Shown in pieces: positions 35,701-50,700 of a DNA stretch of 64,000 bases. The DNA lies in assembly GCA_040954595.2 (NCBI GenBank), contig CM082596.2, positions 3,527,025 through 3,591,024 on the forward strand, in the 5' to 3' direction. The translations under genes and the position numbers were made by a program. Below the pieces are notes generated by a model. That model was not told where the DNA came from and did not search any database. It saw only the letters and a program-made list of their open reading frames with translations. Source of the DNA: Balanoglossus misakiensis (taxonomy: Eukaryota > Animalia > Hemichordata). The first letter of the stretch is position 1. The number at the start of each line of letters is the position of its first letter.

Positions 35701-38700
35701 AATGTTATTACAGGTCAAAACAAGGAACGTTTTTCACATGCCATGCACACTACTGTCAGTTGTCGTGGTAGTCAGTCTTCGTATCATGCCTGTGTTGATA
35801 CTCAAGATGGGTCGCTGTTCTAATTCATGGTAAGTAGGTGAGGTGGCTTTTGTTCTTGGGCTGCTATAAGCTTTGGACAGGCCAGCAGCGTAACTACTTA
35901 GTATCGGACGTTCATCCCAGTTAGTGATACCGGACTCTGTAAACACAAATAAATAAACAAACACATCCCACACATCTTTAGAGGATAAAAATCACTACAA
36001 TGCTTCAGATGCCAATATCAATTTAGTGTGTATATCACACACAACCCCGAGACCCGCGAGTTTTAGAATATTAGGATTATTCCGTTATTTGTCAGTCGGA
36101 TAACATTGCACAAAACTCATGGGTAACAGGATCTCCAAACGTGTAGTTAATATTTCCAGGATCAGACAAGAGTAACATATTCCAAAACTCCTGAAAAAGA
36201 GTTGCCACATCCCTGCAAAGCAAAAGGTTATTTTTAAAGTAGAGAAAGAACTAACCAGCAACAGTTCTCTGTGCAGTAGGTTTGCTAGGTTTACCAACTC
36301 CAGCTTTGTTCTCTGCCGACACACGGAATGAGTATTCTACATTTTCTCTGAGGTCCTGAACAGTGTATGTGGTGTCTCTCACTGTCTCTCTGTTGACACG
36401 GGTCCAGTGTGTAGAGAACCTCTCGGATTTCTCTATGATGTATCCAGTAATGGGTGCACCGCCGTCAGACACAGGTTCTGTCCAAGTCAGGGTCATGGAG
36501 TTGTTGGTTACCTTGGAAATGATTGGTGTGCCTGGTTCTTCTGGTACGTCTGAAACACAATTCAAGATGTTTAAAAGTTATTAAGGCTGGGGATTAACTT
36601 TTGACTTACAATTAAAATAGTCATGACATAGTTAACCATATTAAGTTATGTCTTGATAAAATTAAAACAGAACCGGGACAACAGTTACCAGTAGAACTGT
36701 TGTCTGAACTGCCTTTATATACTTACCATATGGAGCCTTAGCAAGCTTAGTCTGTGATGTATGACTAGGTTGACTGATACCAGCTTTGTTAACAGCACTC
36801 ACTCTGAACTCGTATTCTCTACCTTCCTTAAGATCAGTGATCGTGTGACTTGTCTCATAGACATCCTCTCTATGTGCCTTCTCCCACATTACACCGAATT
36901 TATCTTTCTTTTCAATGATGTAGCCAGTTACTTTGCTGCCACCATCGGATGTTGGTGGTTTCCAGACAATCGTCATGGTTGTCTTGGTAACGTTACTGAT
37001 TTCAGGTCTGCCTGGCTCACTTGGTACATCTGCATTGTTATGATATTGAGAGAAGTTTGAGTATTGGGAACTTACCTGTTAGTTCGTTGTCCATGCCATG
37101 CAATGGGGTGTTAGACTGACATCTGTGAAGCATGCACTTTCCAAAGTCAAACATATGCACTTTGATCAGCTTCATTCATACACTCTATACTTTTCACTCT
37201 CTCCATCTATCTCATATCTCTATCCATGCAATATCTCTCTCACACATATACACAAGTATAAATGCATGCATGCAAGCGCTCATACACAATCACACTTACA
37301 TTCCACACCTACACTCATGCATAATATAAGTGACTTCACATTCAGGAAAGGTGTTCAAAAATGATATTAATTATGAGGGGCGAACAAAAGTAAAGGACTC
37401 CATGCATTTGTTAAACAACTTTATTGGTTTCCATTTTCCACTACATGCACCTGGACAATTTCCACTCTTACCATAGGGTGGCTTGGCAATCTTTGGTCCG
37501 GTGGATTCACCAGGTTGTCCAGGGCCAGCCTTGTTTTCCGCAATCACACGGAACTCATACTCAGAGTGAGTGGTAAGACCAGTCACTGTGTAATTCAGTT
37601 CTGACACAGCCACTGGAGTAACAGTTGACCATCTGTATGCGTATTTTTCTTTCATCTCAACCATGTAACCTGTAACTGTGCTACCACCATCTGAGAGTGG
37701 TGGTTGCCAGGACAGTGTCATGGAGCTCTCTGTGATGTCAGTGACTGTTGGTTTACCAGGAGGACCAGGTGGATCTATTAGATAAATAAGCACAATGACA
37801 CAAATGATTAAATATATTTCCCTTTGCGGTGGATGCAAGCTGAACAGCAATTATAGAGTCCATTTGTTGAACAATAATGATATTAAGAAAAGATGTCCTG
37901 CTTTAGCAAATTAAGAAACTAATGTACTGATTGTGTTGGGAAAAGCAGTTACATCTACTACACTTACCATATGGTGGTTTAGCTACAGTAGATCTGGATG
38001 GGTAGCTAGGTCCACCGATACCAGCTCTGTTCTGAGCAGCAACTCTGAATTCATACTCATGTCCTTCATGAAGGCCTGTCACTGTGAATGATGTCTCTGG
38101 CACTTTATTGACATACGTCCATCTGCTGGTGAATGGTTCTTTCTTTTCAATGACATAACTGGTGATTGGACTTCCACCATCTGATTGGGGTGCTCTCCAT
38201 GCAATGGCGATGGATCTGGCTGTGACGTCAGTGACGTCTGGAGTTCCAGGCACTCCAGGTACATCTGGAAAGATATTTGCAACATTATAAACATTATCAC
38301 CACTGGTTTGGGTTCTGTTCTATAAGGGTAAAAGGCTTCTGTGAATTGTTATTTTATTTTCTTGTATCAATTAAAATAGTTTCACTTACTGTATGGTGGT
38401 TTGGCCACTCTGGGTCCAGCACTCTCACTAGGTGGACCAACACCAGCTTTGTTTTCTGCCATCACTCTGAATTCATACTCGTGTCCCTCTCTGAGGTCTG
38501 TCACAGACAATCTTGTGTCCAGAAGGCTGATACGGTTGACTCTGACCCAGCGGGCAGTGGTGTGGTCTTTCCTCTCCACGTAGTAGCCAGTGATGGGTGA
38601 TCCACCATCTGAACTTGGTGGTGACCAGTCTAGTGTCATGCTCTTGGCTGTCACTTCAATGATGTATGGCATGTCAGGGGCGCCAGGGGGATCTGTTGAG

Positions 38701-41700
38701 ATATCAAACATCAGTTAAAATCTGCCAACAGATGTGATTTCATAACTATTGTTATTTCATAATTATTGTTATGAAATTGTCCAATAGTCCATCTCACTTA
38801 CCATATGGAAGTTTTGCAGTAACTGGTTCAGATGGTTCGCTTGTCCTGCCCACACCAGCCTTGTTCTCAGCAGACACTCTGAAATCATATTCCATGCCTT
38901 CCAGTAGACCAGTTACAGTATAACTAGTGTCTAGGACAGTCTCTCTGTTGGCCTTCACCCATCTTCTGCTGCGTTTGTCCTGCCTTTCAATGATATAGCC
39001 AAGGATCCTGCTTCCACCATCTGATTTGGGTGGTGCCCATGTCAGCGAGATCTTAGTGCTGTCCACAGCTGTGATTTCAGGCTTGCCTGTTGCACCTGGT
39101 ATATCTGTATTTGAAGGTGAAATTATTAGCATTTCCACTCACTTTTCTAAAAAATCACCTCAAATTTGTCATGCATATATCCATGCAAAGGTAAATGTAT
39201 TGGTCCTAAACAAAGTTAACATTCAAAGCTATAAAGGTCTTGGCTATGACTCAGTCATTTTTATCAAACACTATGAAATTTTGTTAAATTCCTCATTAAT
39301 AATACGTAAATTGACAGATATTATATGTACTTACCATATGGTGGTCTAGCGATTCTGACAGCTGATGATTCACTGGGTTTACCAACACCAGCAGCATTCT
39401 CAGCATACACTCTGAACTCATACTTATTGTCCTCAATCAGATCTTTGACAATACATGTAGTGGTGGTCACCGTGTCTCTGCGTGCTCTGGTCCACCTGCC
39501 TGATCTCAGGTCTCGTTTCTCAATGAGGTAACCAGTGACTGGAGCACCTCCATCACGGATTGGTTCTGTCCATGTCAGGGTCATTGAACTGCTGGTGGCT
39601 TCAGTGATGGTTGGTGCACCTGGAGCGTCTGGGACGACTGGAAGTACAAACATCAAACATCATTTGTTTCATATTGTATTACTTGTATTTTTACGGCTAT
39701 TTTTTCTCTACTTAATATTTCTTTTCTTGCTCTGCGTTTAAGTGAAAATATGTCTTATCTTAATGTGTGCTGACTTACCATATTTAGGTTTAGGAGTAAC
39801 AGACACTGATGGTTCACTGGGCTCACCATATCCAGCCTTGTTTTCAGCAATTACTCTGAATTCATAGATATTGCTTTCAGCCAACTTGTGTATAGTGACG
39901 CTTGTCTCTGTGCTGGTCACTTGTTCTGCTTTGCTCCATCTGGTTGCGAACCTGTCTCTCTTTTCAACCAAGTATCCAGTGACTGGGCTACCACCGTTAG
40001 ACACTGGTGGTGTCCATGTCAGCGTCACTGAAGTACTGGTCAGGTTGGATACAGTAGGCTCACCAGGGGCACTTGGCACATCTGAATCAATGAAAGATAA
40101 TACAACATTAATATGTGTGCATACAGTTGTAAACTAAGTAAAGTGTACATTAATTTCCATGCATGACTTTTATTGCTACATTCTTCCGATTGTTCAGTTA
40201 TACAATAAACACACAATTGAACGAAAAGTGAAAATCCAAAAGAGAATATAATATAACTTACCATATGGTGGTTTGGCAACTGTAGGTCTTGAAGATTCAC
40301 TGGGTCTGCCAGGTCCAGCCTTGTTAACAGCCATTACTCTAAATTCATAGGTAGAGCCTTCTTTCAAGTGGCCAATAGTAACCACTGTGTCCAGTACATT
40401 GGCTTTGGCAACATGCCATCTGGTGGCAAAGGCTTCTTTGGCCTCAACGATGTAGGAAGTGACTGGATTACCTCCATCGGAGAGTGGAGGAGTCCAGGAA
40501 AGAGTCATCTCAGTTGCATCAACCTTGGTGATCTCAGGTGTGCCAGGTGCATCGGGTGCATCTATTAAGAAATAGGGATGTCAGTTAGTATTTTTTAGGC
40601 TGGAAACAATTGCCATACATCAACACAATGTTGAAATAGTATCATGATGTACTGTATATGCGCGGTACAATTCAAAATTTTACAATTTTTAAGTAATAGG
40701 ACAGGGACTCTCTTACCGTATGGTGGCTTGGCAACTCTGGAATCTGATGGATAACTAGGTTTGCCGACACCAGCTTTGTTCTCAGCACTAACTCGGAAAT
40801 CGTATCTGGCATTCTGGACCAGATCGGTGACAGTGTATGTCAATTCAGAGACAGGTCTCCTTGTTGCTAGCGTCCATCTTGCTTTGGCAGTGTCGCGTTT
40901 CTCAATGTGGTATCCAGTTATAGGGGCACCTCCATCTGAGACAGGTGGTGTCCAGGTAATGGTCATTTCAGTTGAGTTCACTGACACGAAAGTTGGAGTT
41001 CCAGGTGCACCTGGTACATCTAGGAAGTTGACAACAAGAAATTGGAAAATTAAAGAAATTCAGCCAATATGTAATAAAAACAATCAAATAATCGATGGGT
41101 CCTTTATAAGCAAATTCAAATATTATAGGATGAAAATATTATTGTCAGACCAACATTAACAGGAGAGGCCATAAATGACACTCACCATATGGTGGTTTAG
41201 CAACCTTGGCATCTGAGGATTCACTTGGTTTGCTGATACCAGCAGCATTCTCTGCGAGCACATGGAACTCATACTCGTTTCCTTCAGTCAAACCAGTCAC
41301 TGTGTAAGTGGTGTCAGTCACAGGCACCATGTTGACCGCCGTCCATCTTGTACTGAAGCGCTCGCGTCTCTCAATGATGTAGCCGGTCACTTCAGCACCA
41401 CCATCAGATACAGGTCTGTTCCATGAAAGTGTCATGGATGTTTCTGTGATGTTAGACACTGTTGGCTTGTTTGGTGGACTTGCAAGATCTGTGGTAAACA
41501 GGAAAGGATGAACAAAAATGAGACATTCAATTTCACTTAACAAGCAGGATGTTTAAGTTAAAAAAAACTTTACATACAACTACTAAACTTTAAATTATTA
41601 AACAGACAAACCCTTACCATACGGAGATTTGGCAACCTTAGACTGAGATGGCAGACTTGGTTTACCAATTCCTGCTTTGTTCTCAGCTGATACTCTGAAT

Positions 41701-44700
41701 TGATACTGATGACCTTCAGTCAACTTGGTGACTTTGTATGTCATTTCAGTGACATCCTCATAGTTGACACGCATCCACTTGATTCCGAATCCTTCCTTCA
41801 TTTCAATGATGTAGCCTGTGATTGGAGCGCCACCATCAGAACGTGGGGGTGTCCATGTCAAAGTCATATTTGTCTTGTTGATGCTGGAAACTTCTGGAGT
41901 TCCTGGAGCCTCTGGTACATCTGGAAGCACAGAAAATGTATTTGGAAGTTAGCATCAAAGATGGGCACCAAAGTTTGTTATTTTACATTTATCCCTGGTA
42001 TATCATTGGTGAGCAACTTTTGCCAAAAAGGGATGTGTTAGAGAAGAAACAGAAAATTGGTTATACTGGATCAATTACTTCTTTTGAAATTAGTAGAGCA
42101 TGATTTGCCAATTTGTTAAGACCTGAAAGAAAACTCTCCCGTGAATACTGCACAATAGACTTGCAGTTGTCAATAAACTTTGAAACCAATGGATTCCCTT
42201 ACCATAGGGAGGTTTGGCCTCCCTAGAAACAGATGGTTCACTGTGCTTGCCAATACCGGCCTTGTTCTCTGCACTGATTCTGAACTGATAGTTAGTTCCC
42301 TTAATCAATCCAGCTACAGTGTATGATGTGTCTGTCACAGCTTCTCTGTTGGCTCTCATCCAGCGAGAACTGTAGTTGTCACGACGATCAATGTAGTAGC
42401 CAGTGATGGGACTTCCGCCATCATTTCTAGGTGGTGACCATGACAGGCTCATTTCTGTACTGTCCACGGCTGTGATTGTGGGTTCTCCTGGTCCATCAGG
42501 TAAACCTGAAATGAATGAAATAAATAGTGAATTTTCTGCAATTTTCATTTAATGAAATTAGATTAACTGATCAATAACGTATAAATTAATTGAAAATCAC
42601 TATCTCAGTAAATAAGATATTTTTATCACAGCCAGTGATTCATATCAAAGATATACTTACCATATGGTGGTTTTGCTATGACATTCCTTGATGGTTGACT
42701 GGGTTTGCTGAGACCAGCCTTATTTTCAGCTAAAACGCGGTACTGATATTCACTGTTCTCTCTGAGATCGGTGATAGTCAGTGTAGTGTCCATAACTCGT
42801 GCCATGTTCACCCTGGTCCATCTGGTCGAGAACTGGTCTTTCTTCTCTACATAGTACCCAGAAACTGCAGCACCACCATCGTCCTCTGGTGCCGTCCAAT
42901 GAACAGTCATTGATGTGGCCGTCACATCACTCACAGATGGTGAGCCAGGTGGGCTTGGTACATCTACACCGGGTTATCAAAAATTGGTTGGATGTGATGG
43001 AACCGCGAATTGTCTTCCATGCACTCAGAGAAATAACTCAAATTGTGCATGCATGTGTACACACACATACACATGACAGTGCATGCGCACATGTGCTGTT
43101 AGTTATAAATGCTACAGCACTTCCATGTAAGTTTCTGCATGCAAACACAGGGATAGGAATTCCAGATCACAGGAACACCAGGATGTACAGCTTGCAGACA
43201 TGCTGAAACACTTATGTCCATGGAAGTATGGAAAATTCCGAGTGCTACTATTTTCTAAAATGATGGGCAGAGTTTTGGAGGGGATCAAGACATGCAATAT
43301 TCAAGACTCATCCATACCATCTACATGTTACTCATTAATACCAAACAGACAAGCTAGAGCAAGCCAGCACATCATCATCATCACACACACAATATACTGG
43401 TTACATACCTGGCAAGTTGAACACAGGAGCATCATGCAGGTCCTGTCACTTACCTCAGTCGGATGATAATCAAGTTATCCATGCAACATTTTACCAATGC
43501 AGTGGTCACGCAAACTGTAAAACAAACAGCTGTACTTACCATATGGTGGTTTGGCAAGTCTGGGTTCTGATGGTTGACTTGGTTCACCAACACCAGCCTT
43601 GTTCTCAGCAGACACACGGAACTCGTACTCATGACCTTGGATCAGTTCAGTTACAGTTGTCGACGTCTCCAGCTCTGTTTCCCTTGTTGCTCTTGCCCAT
43701 CTGCCAAACTTCTCTCTCTTTTCAATGGCGTATCCAGTGATCTTGCTGCCACCATCATTGTCTGGTGGTGACCATATCAGAGAAATGCTGGTACTGCTAG
43801 TTCCTGTCACCTTTGGTCGTCCAGGTGGGCCAGGAACATCTGAAAACAATGGTTGTTATATTAGTCAAATAAAGAGAAAACTGCCTCAAAACTAAGTTGA
43901 AAAAAAAATATTTTTAATTGCATAATTAAGGTTCGAGTGTCAGCATGCATATAAATCCTCATGCAATACTGAATATTTTCGAACTCTTACCATATGGTGG
44001 TTTAGCTACTCTTGCAGCAGATTCTGGACTTGGTTTGCCAACTCCAGCTGCGTTCTGAGCACTGACACGGAACCTATACTCGGCTCCAGTGATCAGATCA
44101 GTAACATTTAATGTGGTTCCTACAACAGGTAGAATGGTAGCCTTTGTCCACCTATGTTTGGCTGTCTCGTGCATTTCAACAGTATAGCTGGTGATCTCAC
44201 TGCCACCATCTGACACTGGGGGTGACCAAGTGATATTCATGTCATGGGCGTTGACATTGACAATGTCAGGTCTGCCAGGAGGGCCAGGTACATCTGAGAT
44301 GATTGGAAAGAGAGAGAGAAACAGAGAGAAGATTGAAGGAAAATGAATTGAGAGTAAGAAAGCAAGAAGAAATGAAAAATACAGATGTTATAGCCAGCTG
44401 CATGGTTCCAACTGTCAGTGTCCGACTTACCATATGGTGGTTTGGCAACAGTTGGAGATGTTGAGTCACTGAATTTGCCGATACCGGCTTTGTTTTCTGC
44501 TGCCACTCGGAATTCATATTCGGTACCCTCTCTCACATGAGTTGCGGTGAATGTAGTCTCCCTTACAGCTGTCATGCTGGATCTGGCCCATGTGCTGTAC
44601 TTCTCACGTTGTTCAATGACATAACCAGTGATTGGTGAGCCGCCATCAGAGAATGGTGGTGTCCACTTCATTGAGATGGCTGTGCCGGAGACAGACGTGA

Positions 44701-47700
44701 TCTGTGGTTTGCCAGGTGTATCTGGCACTGTGTATGGTGGTTTAGCGGCAGTGGTATCAGATGGTTCACCTGGTTTGCTAACTCCAGCTTTGTTCTCGGC
44801 AGAAATGCGGAATTGGTATTCTGTGTTTTCTGTCAAGTTGCGCACTGTCACCGATGTCTCAGTGCACTTCTCTGCAACAGTCCACCGAGTGGCAAACGGT
44901 TCTTTCTGTTCAACGACGTATCCAGTGACGGGACTTCCACCGTCATCCTTTGGAGGTTTCCAGCTGAGTGTTATGCTCCTTGCAGTTGTGGTGGTTACAG
45001 TTGGTTTGCTTGGACTCTCAGGGACATCTGAAGAAGTTTCAAGGTGGGTGAGGAGAGACAGTTGGAAATGAGATCAGAATACAAAGAACCCCAATTACGA
45101 CAGAAATCACCCAATGCCATAAAGTTTGAAGACAGGAAAGAAAGTTATATGGGCGTAAAAGGAATGGCAGACAGGACATTTTGAAAGTCAAAACTAAATG
45201 TTCACTTACCGTACGGCAGCTTGATAACAACTGATCCAGATGATGGGCTTGGATTACTGCTACCAGCCTTGTTTTCAGCAATCACTCTGAATTCATAGTT
45301 AGCCCCTGATGTGAGCTCTCCAACAGTGCAGTGGGTGTCAGTAACAGAATATGCCGTTGCTTTGGTCCACCTTGTTGTGAATGCTTCCTTCTTCTCTACG
45401 GTGTAACCAGTGATTGGTGCACCACCGTCAGACAGTGGAGCTGTCCACTTCAGATTGACAGATGCGGAGGTGCTTGATACAATGGATGGTTTGCCAGGAG
45501 CATCAGGTACATCTGGGAAAAGACAACCAAAGTTATGTTATATTCTAATTAAATGAGTTACATGTATGTACACCTGGTATGAACCTGAAGAAGAAAATCA
45601 GAATTTTTCCTGGATATTTATCATGCAGCATGCCAATGACGAGTGATGCTGCCTTACCATACGGATGCTTGACAAGAACAGGAGCAGTAGAATCACTTGG
45701 TTTACTGCAACCAGCCTTATTCTCTGCAATGACTCTGAACTGGTACTCAGTACCCACTCTGAGCAAGTCCACTGTGAAAGTGGTGTCCTGAACTCTGGTG
45801 GTGTTGACCTTTGTCCACTTCATGGCGAATCTGTCCTTGCGTTCGATGTTGTATCCAAGGATTGGGCTACCGCCGTCTGACCTTGGTGGCATCCAAGTCA
45901 GTGTCACAGAGTTGTGAGTGACTGAGGTCACCTTGGGTGTGTCAGGAGCACCAGGGACAGCTGAAGAAAAGTGGGGGCAGACAATGAAGAGAGGAAAAAA
46001 ATCTGTTGGCCAAACATTTGGAAAAACACCAGGATAGCAAGCGCCATGCACATGACAGATGTGAATAGAATCTTCACAGCAAGATGTCAATCTGTTTCTA
46101 AAAGCTGTACACGAAGCCTACAAGTAGTAACCTAAAATCTGAAAACTGGGTCATGCATAAACCAAGTTGAGGGTAGTAGTGTAAAGTATGAGAGGGGTTA
46201 AAACACAACATGCTGTAGGGACAGTGAGTGAACAGACTCATATTCCATAGGACTTATGAACAAGAAATCTCTCATAATATGTCGCAAAGTTTTCAATGGG
46301 AACAACCACTTGACCACATCTCCATCTTTACAAAACTGGTTCAAATAACCAAGAAAGGAAGGAAGATACAAGTAGGATGTATAGGTTGAAAAAAAAATCC
46401 ACCATTTTCAGTGGTATGGTTAGACCAACACGCAGAGAAACAGGAAAGCTTGCAACATCTTCCACAAAGGGGGCATGCAGGGAAACACCATGCATTCAAA
46501 CAACACCAAAAGTGGCATGCCAGCCACTTACTGTATGGATCCTTAGCAACAGTTGCCAGGGAAGGTTCACTGTGAGCACCGATACCAGCGTCATTGACAG
46601 CACTGACACGATACTGGTATTCCGATCCTTCTCTGAGGTTCGTGACAGTACAGGACAATTTGTTGGTCTTTGCAGCAGGAAGCCATCTGGGACTGAATCT
46701 GTCTTTCTTATCAATGATGTAGTCTGTAATTTTGTTGCCACCATCAGAGAGTGGAGCTGTCCATGTTAGGGTCATGGAACTCCTGGTAACGTTTGATATT
46801 TCAGGTACACCAGGAGCACCGGGGACATCTGTGTCAATTAAATATCAAAATTATTGGCCATAAAAAAATTAAAATTCCTAACTGGACAGTAACAGGGGTT
46901 GGAAGAAAATGCATTTATAAAAGCAAAGAAGTTACTACATAAATTGGTTTTGACAATAATAATCTATTACATACATTCTGATTCAAAATGATATACTTAC
47001 CATAAGGTGGTTTGGCCACAGCTGGCTCAGATGGTCTGCTAGGTTCACCAACACCCACACTGTTCTCAGCGATAACTCTAAATTCGTATTCAGTATCTCG
47101 TACCAGATCAGGCACAACAAAACCAGTGTCCTTGACAAGACCTCTGATGGATCTCACCCAGCGATCTTTGGAGGTGTCACGTCTCTCAACCACGTAGCCA
47201 GTGATTCTGGCACCACCATCAGAGTCTGGTGGGGACCAGGTCAAGGTTGCTGAGTTTGCAGTTGTTTCGATGACTTTCGGTGGGCTTGGGGCTTCGGGCG
47301 GAGACAGCTTCAGAGCAGTTGTATTGCTTGGTTTTCCAGAACCTGCTTTGTTCTCAGCCACAACACGGAATTCGTAGTCCACGCCTTCCTTGAGATCTCG
47401 AACAGAGAAGGAAGTGGCACCCACAGGTGCTGTGGTTTCTTTCACCCATCTTGAGCTGAACTTCTCCCTCTTCTCAACATTGTAACCAGTGACTGGTGAT
47501 CCACCATCTTCTGTTGGGGAGGCCCATGAAAGAGTCAGCGAGGTCGGTTTGATATCGGACATTTCAGGAATGCCTGGTGCATCTGGCACATCTGCAATGA
47601 TAAGAGAACATTCATTTTAATTTGCAAACCCCTGATGTATCTTTCTATATCTACAGCATGCAATTTCGCTACTGGCCAAAACAGTTTATTTTGATGCATG

Positions 47701-50700
47701 CTTTGTAGGAGAACCAACAAGCTTACCATATGGTGGTTTAGCCACCTTTGGTTTGGAAGATGGACTAGGCTTGCCAACGCCAGCCTTGTTCTCTGCACTG
47801 ACTCTAAACTCATACTCGTCTCCCTTCTGAAGTCCAGTAACAATGTAGGCGGTCTCAGGCACATTATAGTCATTGACTCTTGTGTAGCGTGAACTGAATT
47901 TATCTTTCTTGGCGATGACATAATTGAAGATTGGACTGCCACCATCAGATGGTGGGGCTGTCCAGGTAAGAGTCATTGACTTTTCTGTGACTTGTGAAAT
48001 GTCAGGTTGACCTGGAGCATCTGGCTTGTCTGATGGAGCACGAGCAAAGGAAAGAAAAGATAGACAGAGTTGCACCGTGTGAGTTAGAAGAAAGAAAGAA
48101 TTTTAAAACATAGAAGCAGCTTGTGCTATTTGACTCAAGCAAAGATAACCATTGAACTCTTTTCTCACCAAAGCTTTCTACTAGAATAAGTTTACTCAGA
48201 ATGAGGTGAAAAATACACTTTTTTTCCTGAAAGGTGCAGTCTCATAATGTTTTGCTGAGCTGAGAATATAAATTTAGCATATCACCTTCAGTTTGCATAT
48301 TTTGTTTCATTAAAAGAGCGATTTTAAAGAAATATTACATTTAGACAGGAAGTGTTTTAAGTGTAGCGTACGCTTAGTTTTGATATGAAAGTTTCATACT
48401 AAATCAAGCTTACCATATGGTGGCTTGGCAACCCGTGGTGATGATGGTTCACTTGGTTTGCCAATTCCGGCTTTGTTTTCCGCAGCCACTCTGAATTCAT
48501 ACTGATTTCCTTCTACCAGTTCAGTCACTCGGAATGTCCTCTCAGTAATGATATCTGGAGTCACTCTCAGCCAGCGTGTACTGAATTTCTCCCGCCTTTC
48601 AACGATGTAGTTTGTGATCTTGGCACCACCGTCAGTCTCTGGTGCAGTCCAAGAGAGTGTCATGCCTGTTGCTACAACCTCGGTGATATCTGGTTTACCA
48701 GGTGGGCCTGGCGCATCTGTTTCAAGTTAAAACAAAAGCAAAATTTTTAGTGCCCAGCTTTTATTTTGCCAATCTCTTTAGCCAATAATTTGTACCAACA
48801 ATGTGATCTGCATCGCTGATTTCATGAGGAGTTAAACATCAATATTCAATATAGGGTATTGTGCAGATACATAGAAACAGAACACATTACACACCATATG
48901 GTGGTTTGGCCATCATCTTCTCGCTTGGTTCACTGAATGGACCAAGACCAGCCTTGTTTTCAGCTGCCACTTTGAATTGATATTCGTTGCCTTCCACCAA
49001 ATCAATCACAGTGTATGTGGTGTTTGTGATTTTCTCTCTGTGTGCCTTGCTCCATCTGGCTTTGCTGACATCGTACTTCTCAATGACGTAGTTGGTAACT
49101 GGACTGCCACCATCTGAGTGTGGTGGAACCCAAGTGATGGTCATTTCTGTAGCATCTACGTTGATTATTCTGGGTTTGCCAGGTGCTTCTGGCACATCTG
49201 TGAGAAAGAAACAATACACATTTACTTCTGCATGAAAATCGTCACTTGGTCAAACAAAAAAAGTACAAAACAATGGGATTAGTCTGAAATGTGGTATTGT
49301 GATGATCTTATCTGATGGAGACAACATTGATCTCTTACCATATGGAGGTTTGGGAGTCTTTGGATCAGATGGTTCACTGAATTTGCCAACACCAGCCTTG
49401 TTCTCAGCAGCCACTCTGAATTGGCATTCTGTGCCTTCGCGTAAACCAGCCACTATAGCTGTGGTCTCTGCTGTTGTCAGTTTGGCAACCTTGGACCAGT
49501 AGGTGGAGAAACCTTCTTTCTTTTCAATGACATAGCCAGTGATTGGACTGCCTCCATCAGAGAGAGGAGACACCCACACGAGTGCCATTTCAGTTCTTTC
49601 AATTTTGGTGACTCTTGGCTTGTCAGGGGGACCAGGTACATCTGAAAACACAAACAAAAATTAACTGTCAAGTAATTAACACTTCAAAACAACCATGGAT
49701 CATATGCAATTTACAACCTAAGGAAAATGTTCTAATTTACAGAACAGTTATGCTTACCATATGGTGGTTTAGCCCTGGTGGAATCTGATGGTTCACTGAA
49801 TTTGCCAACACCAGCCTTGTTCTCAGCAGCCACTCTGAATTGATAGTCAGTTCCTTGAGTCAATCCAGTCACAGTGTATTCTGTACCAATGATCTTCTCA
49901 TCTGCATAGACCTTGGCCCAGCGTGTGCCAAATTCTTCTTTCTTCTCAATGACATAGTTGGTGATTCTGCTTCCACCATCAGATTCTGGCTCTGTCCATT
50001 TGATGGTCATGGATGTTGCTGTGACACCAGACACTTTAGGTTTGCCAGGTGCTTCTGGAACATCTGGGTGATAAAAAATCAAATTATGTAAGAGTTTGTT
50101 GCCGTCCTTTTCAGTTATGAAATCATAGGAAATAATATCACAACAAATCATCAACATTATAGAATACTTACCATATGGTGGTTTGGCTTTGAATGGTCCA
50201 CTGGATTCACTTGGTTTGCCAACACCAGCCTTGTTTTCAGCACAAACTCTGAATTCATAGACTGAATTTTGTTTCAGATCCTTGACAGTGAAGCTCAGAT
50301 CAGGGATACTTGTCTTGTTAAGTCTTGTGAACCTCACGCTGAATTGTTCTTTGATCTCGATGTAGTAGCCAGTGACTCGGGAGCCGCCATCAACTTCTGG
50401 TGGTGTCCACATCAGTTTCATTGATGTTTCAAGGACATCAGATACCACTGGTGCACCTGGTGGTCCTGGTACATCTATTGAAGAACAAACACCACTAAAG
50501 TTATCAATTGTGTCAAAGCCAGTGTCATTTTACACTCCTCAAAGACAAATTGATATTTTTTTCTCAGATGTTAACAGTATGAATGCTTACCATATGGAAG
50601 CTTGGCAATTCTGGATTCTGATGATTCACTCGGTTTGCCAACACCAGCCTTGTTCTCAGCAGCCACTCTGAACTGATATTCAGATCCCTGTTTGAGGTCA

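Noticed and set aside
36052-36124. Short imperfect hairpin upstream of the alternative last exon
   Set aside because: Arms of only about 14 bp with mismatches; cannot be distinguished from a repeat fragment
50064-50171. 108-nt stop-free in-frame intron joining F28 and F29 in the ORF track
   Set aside because: Canonical splice sites and intron-like composition; one such case among about 50 short introns is plausible by chance
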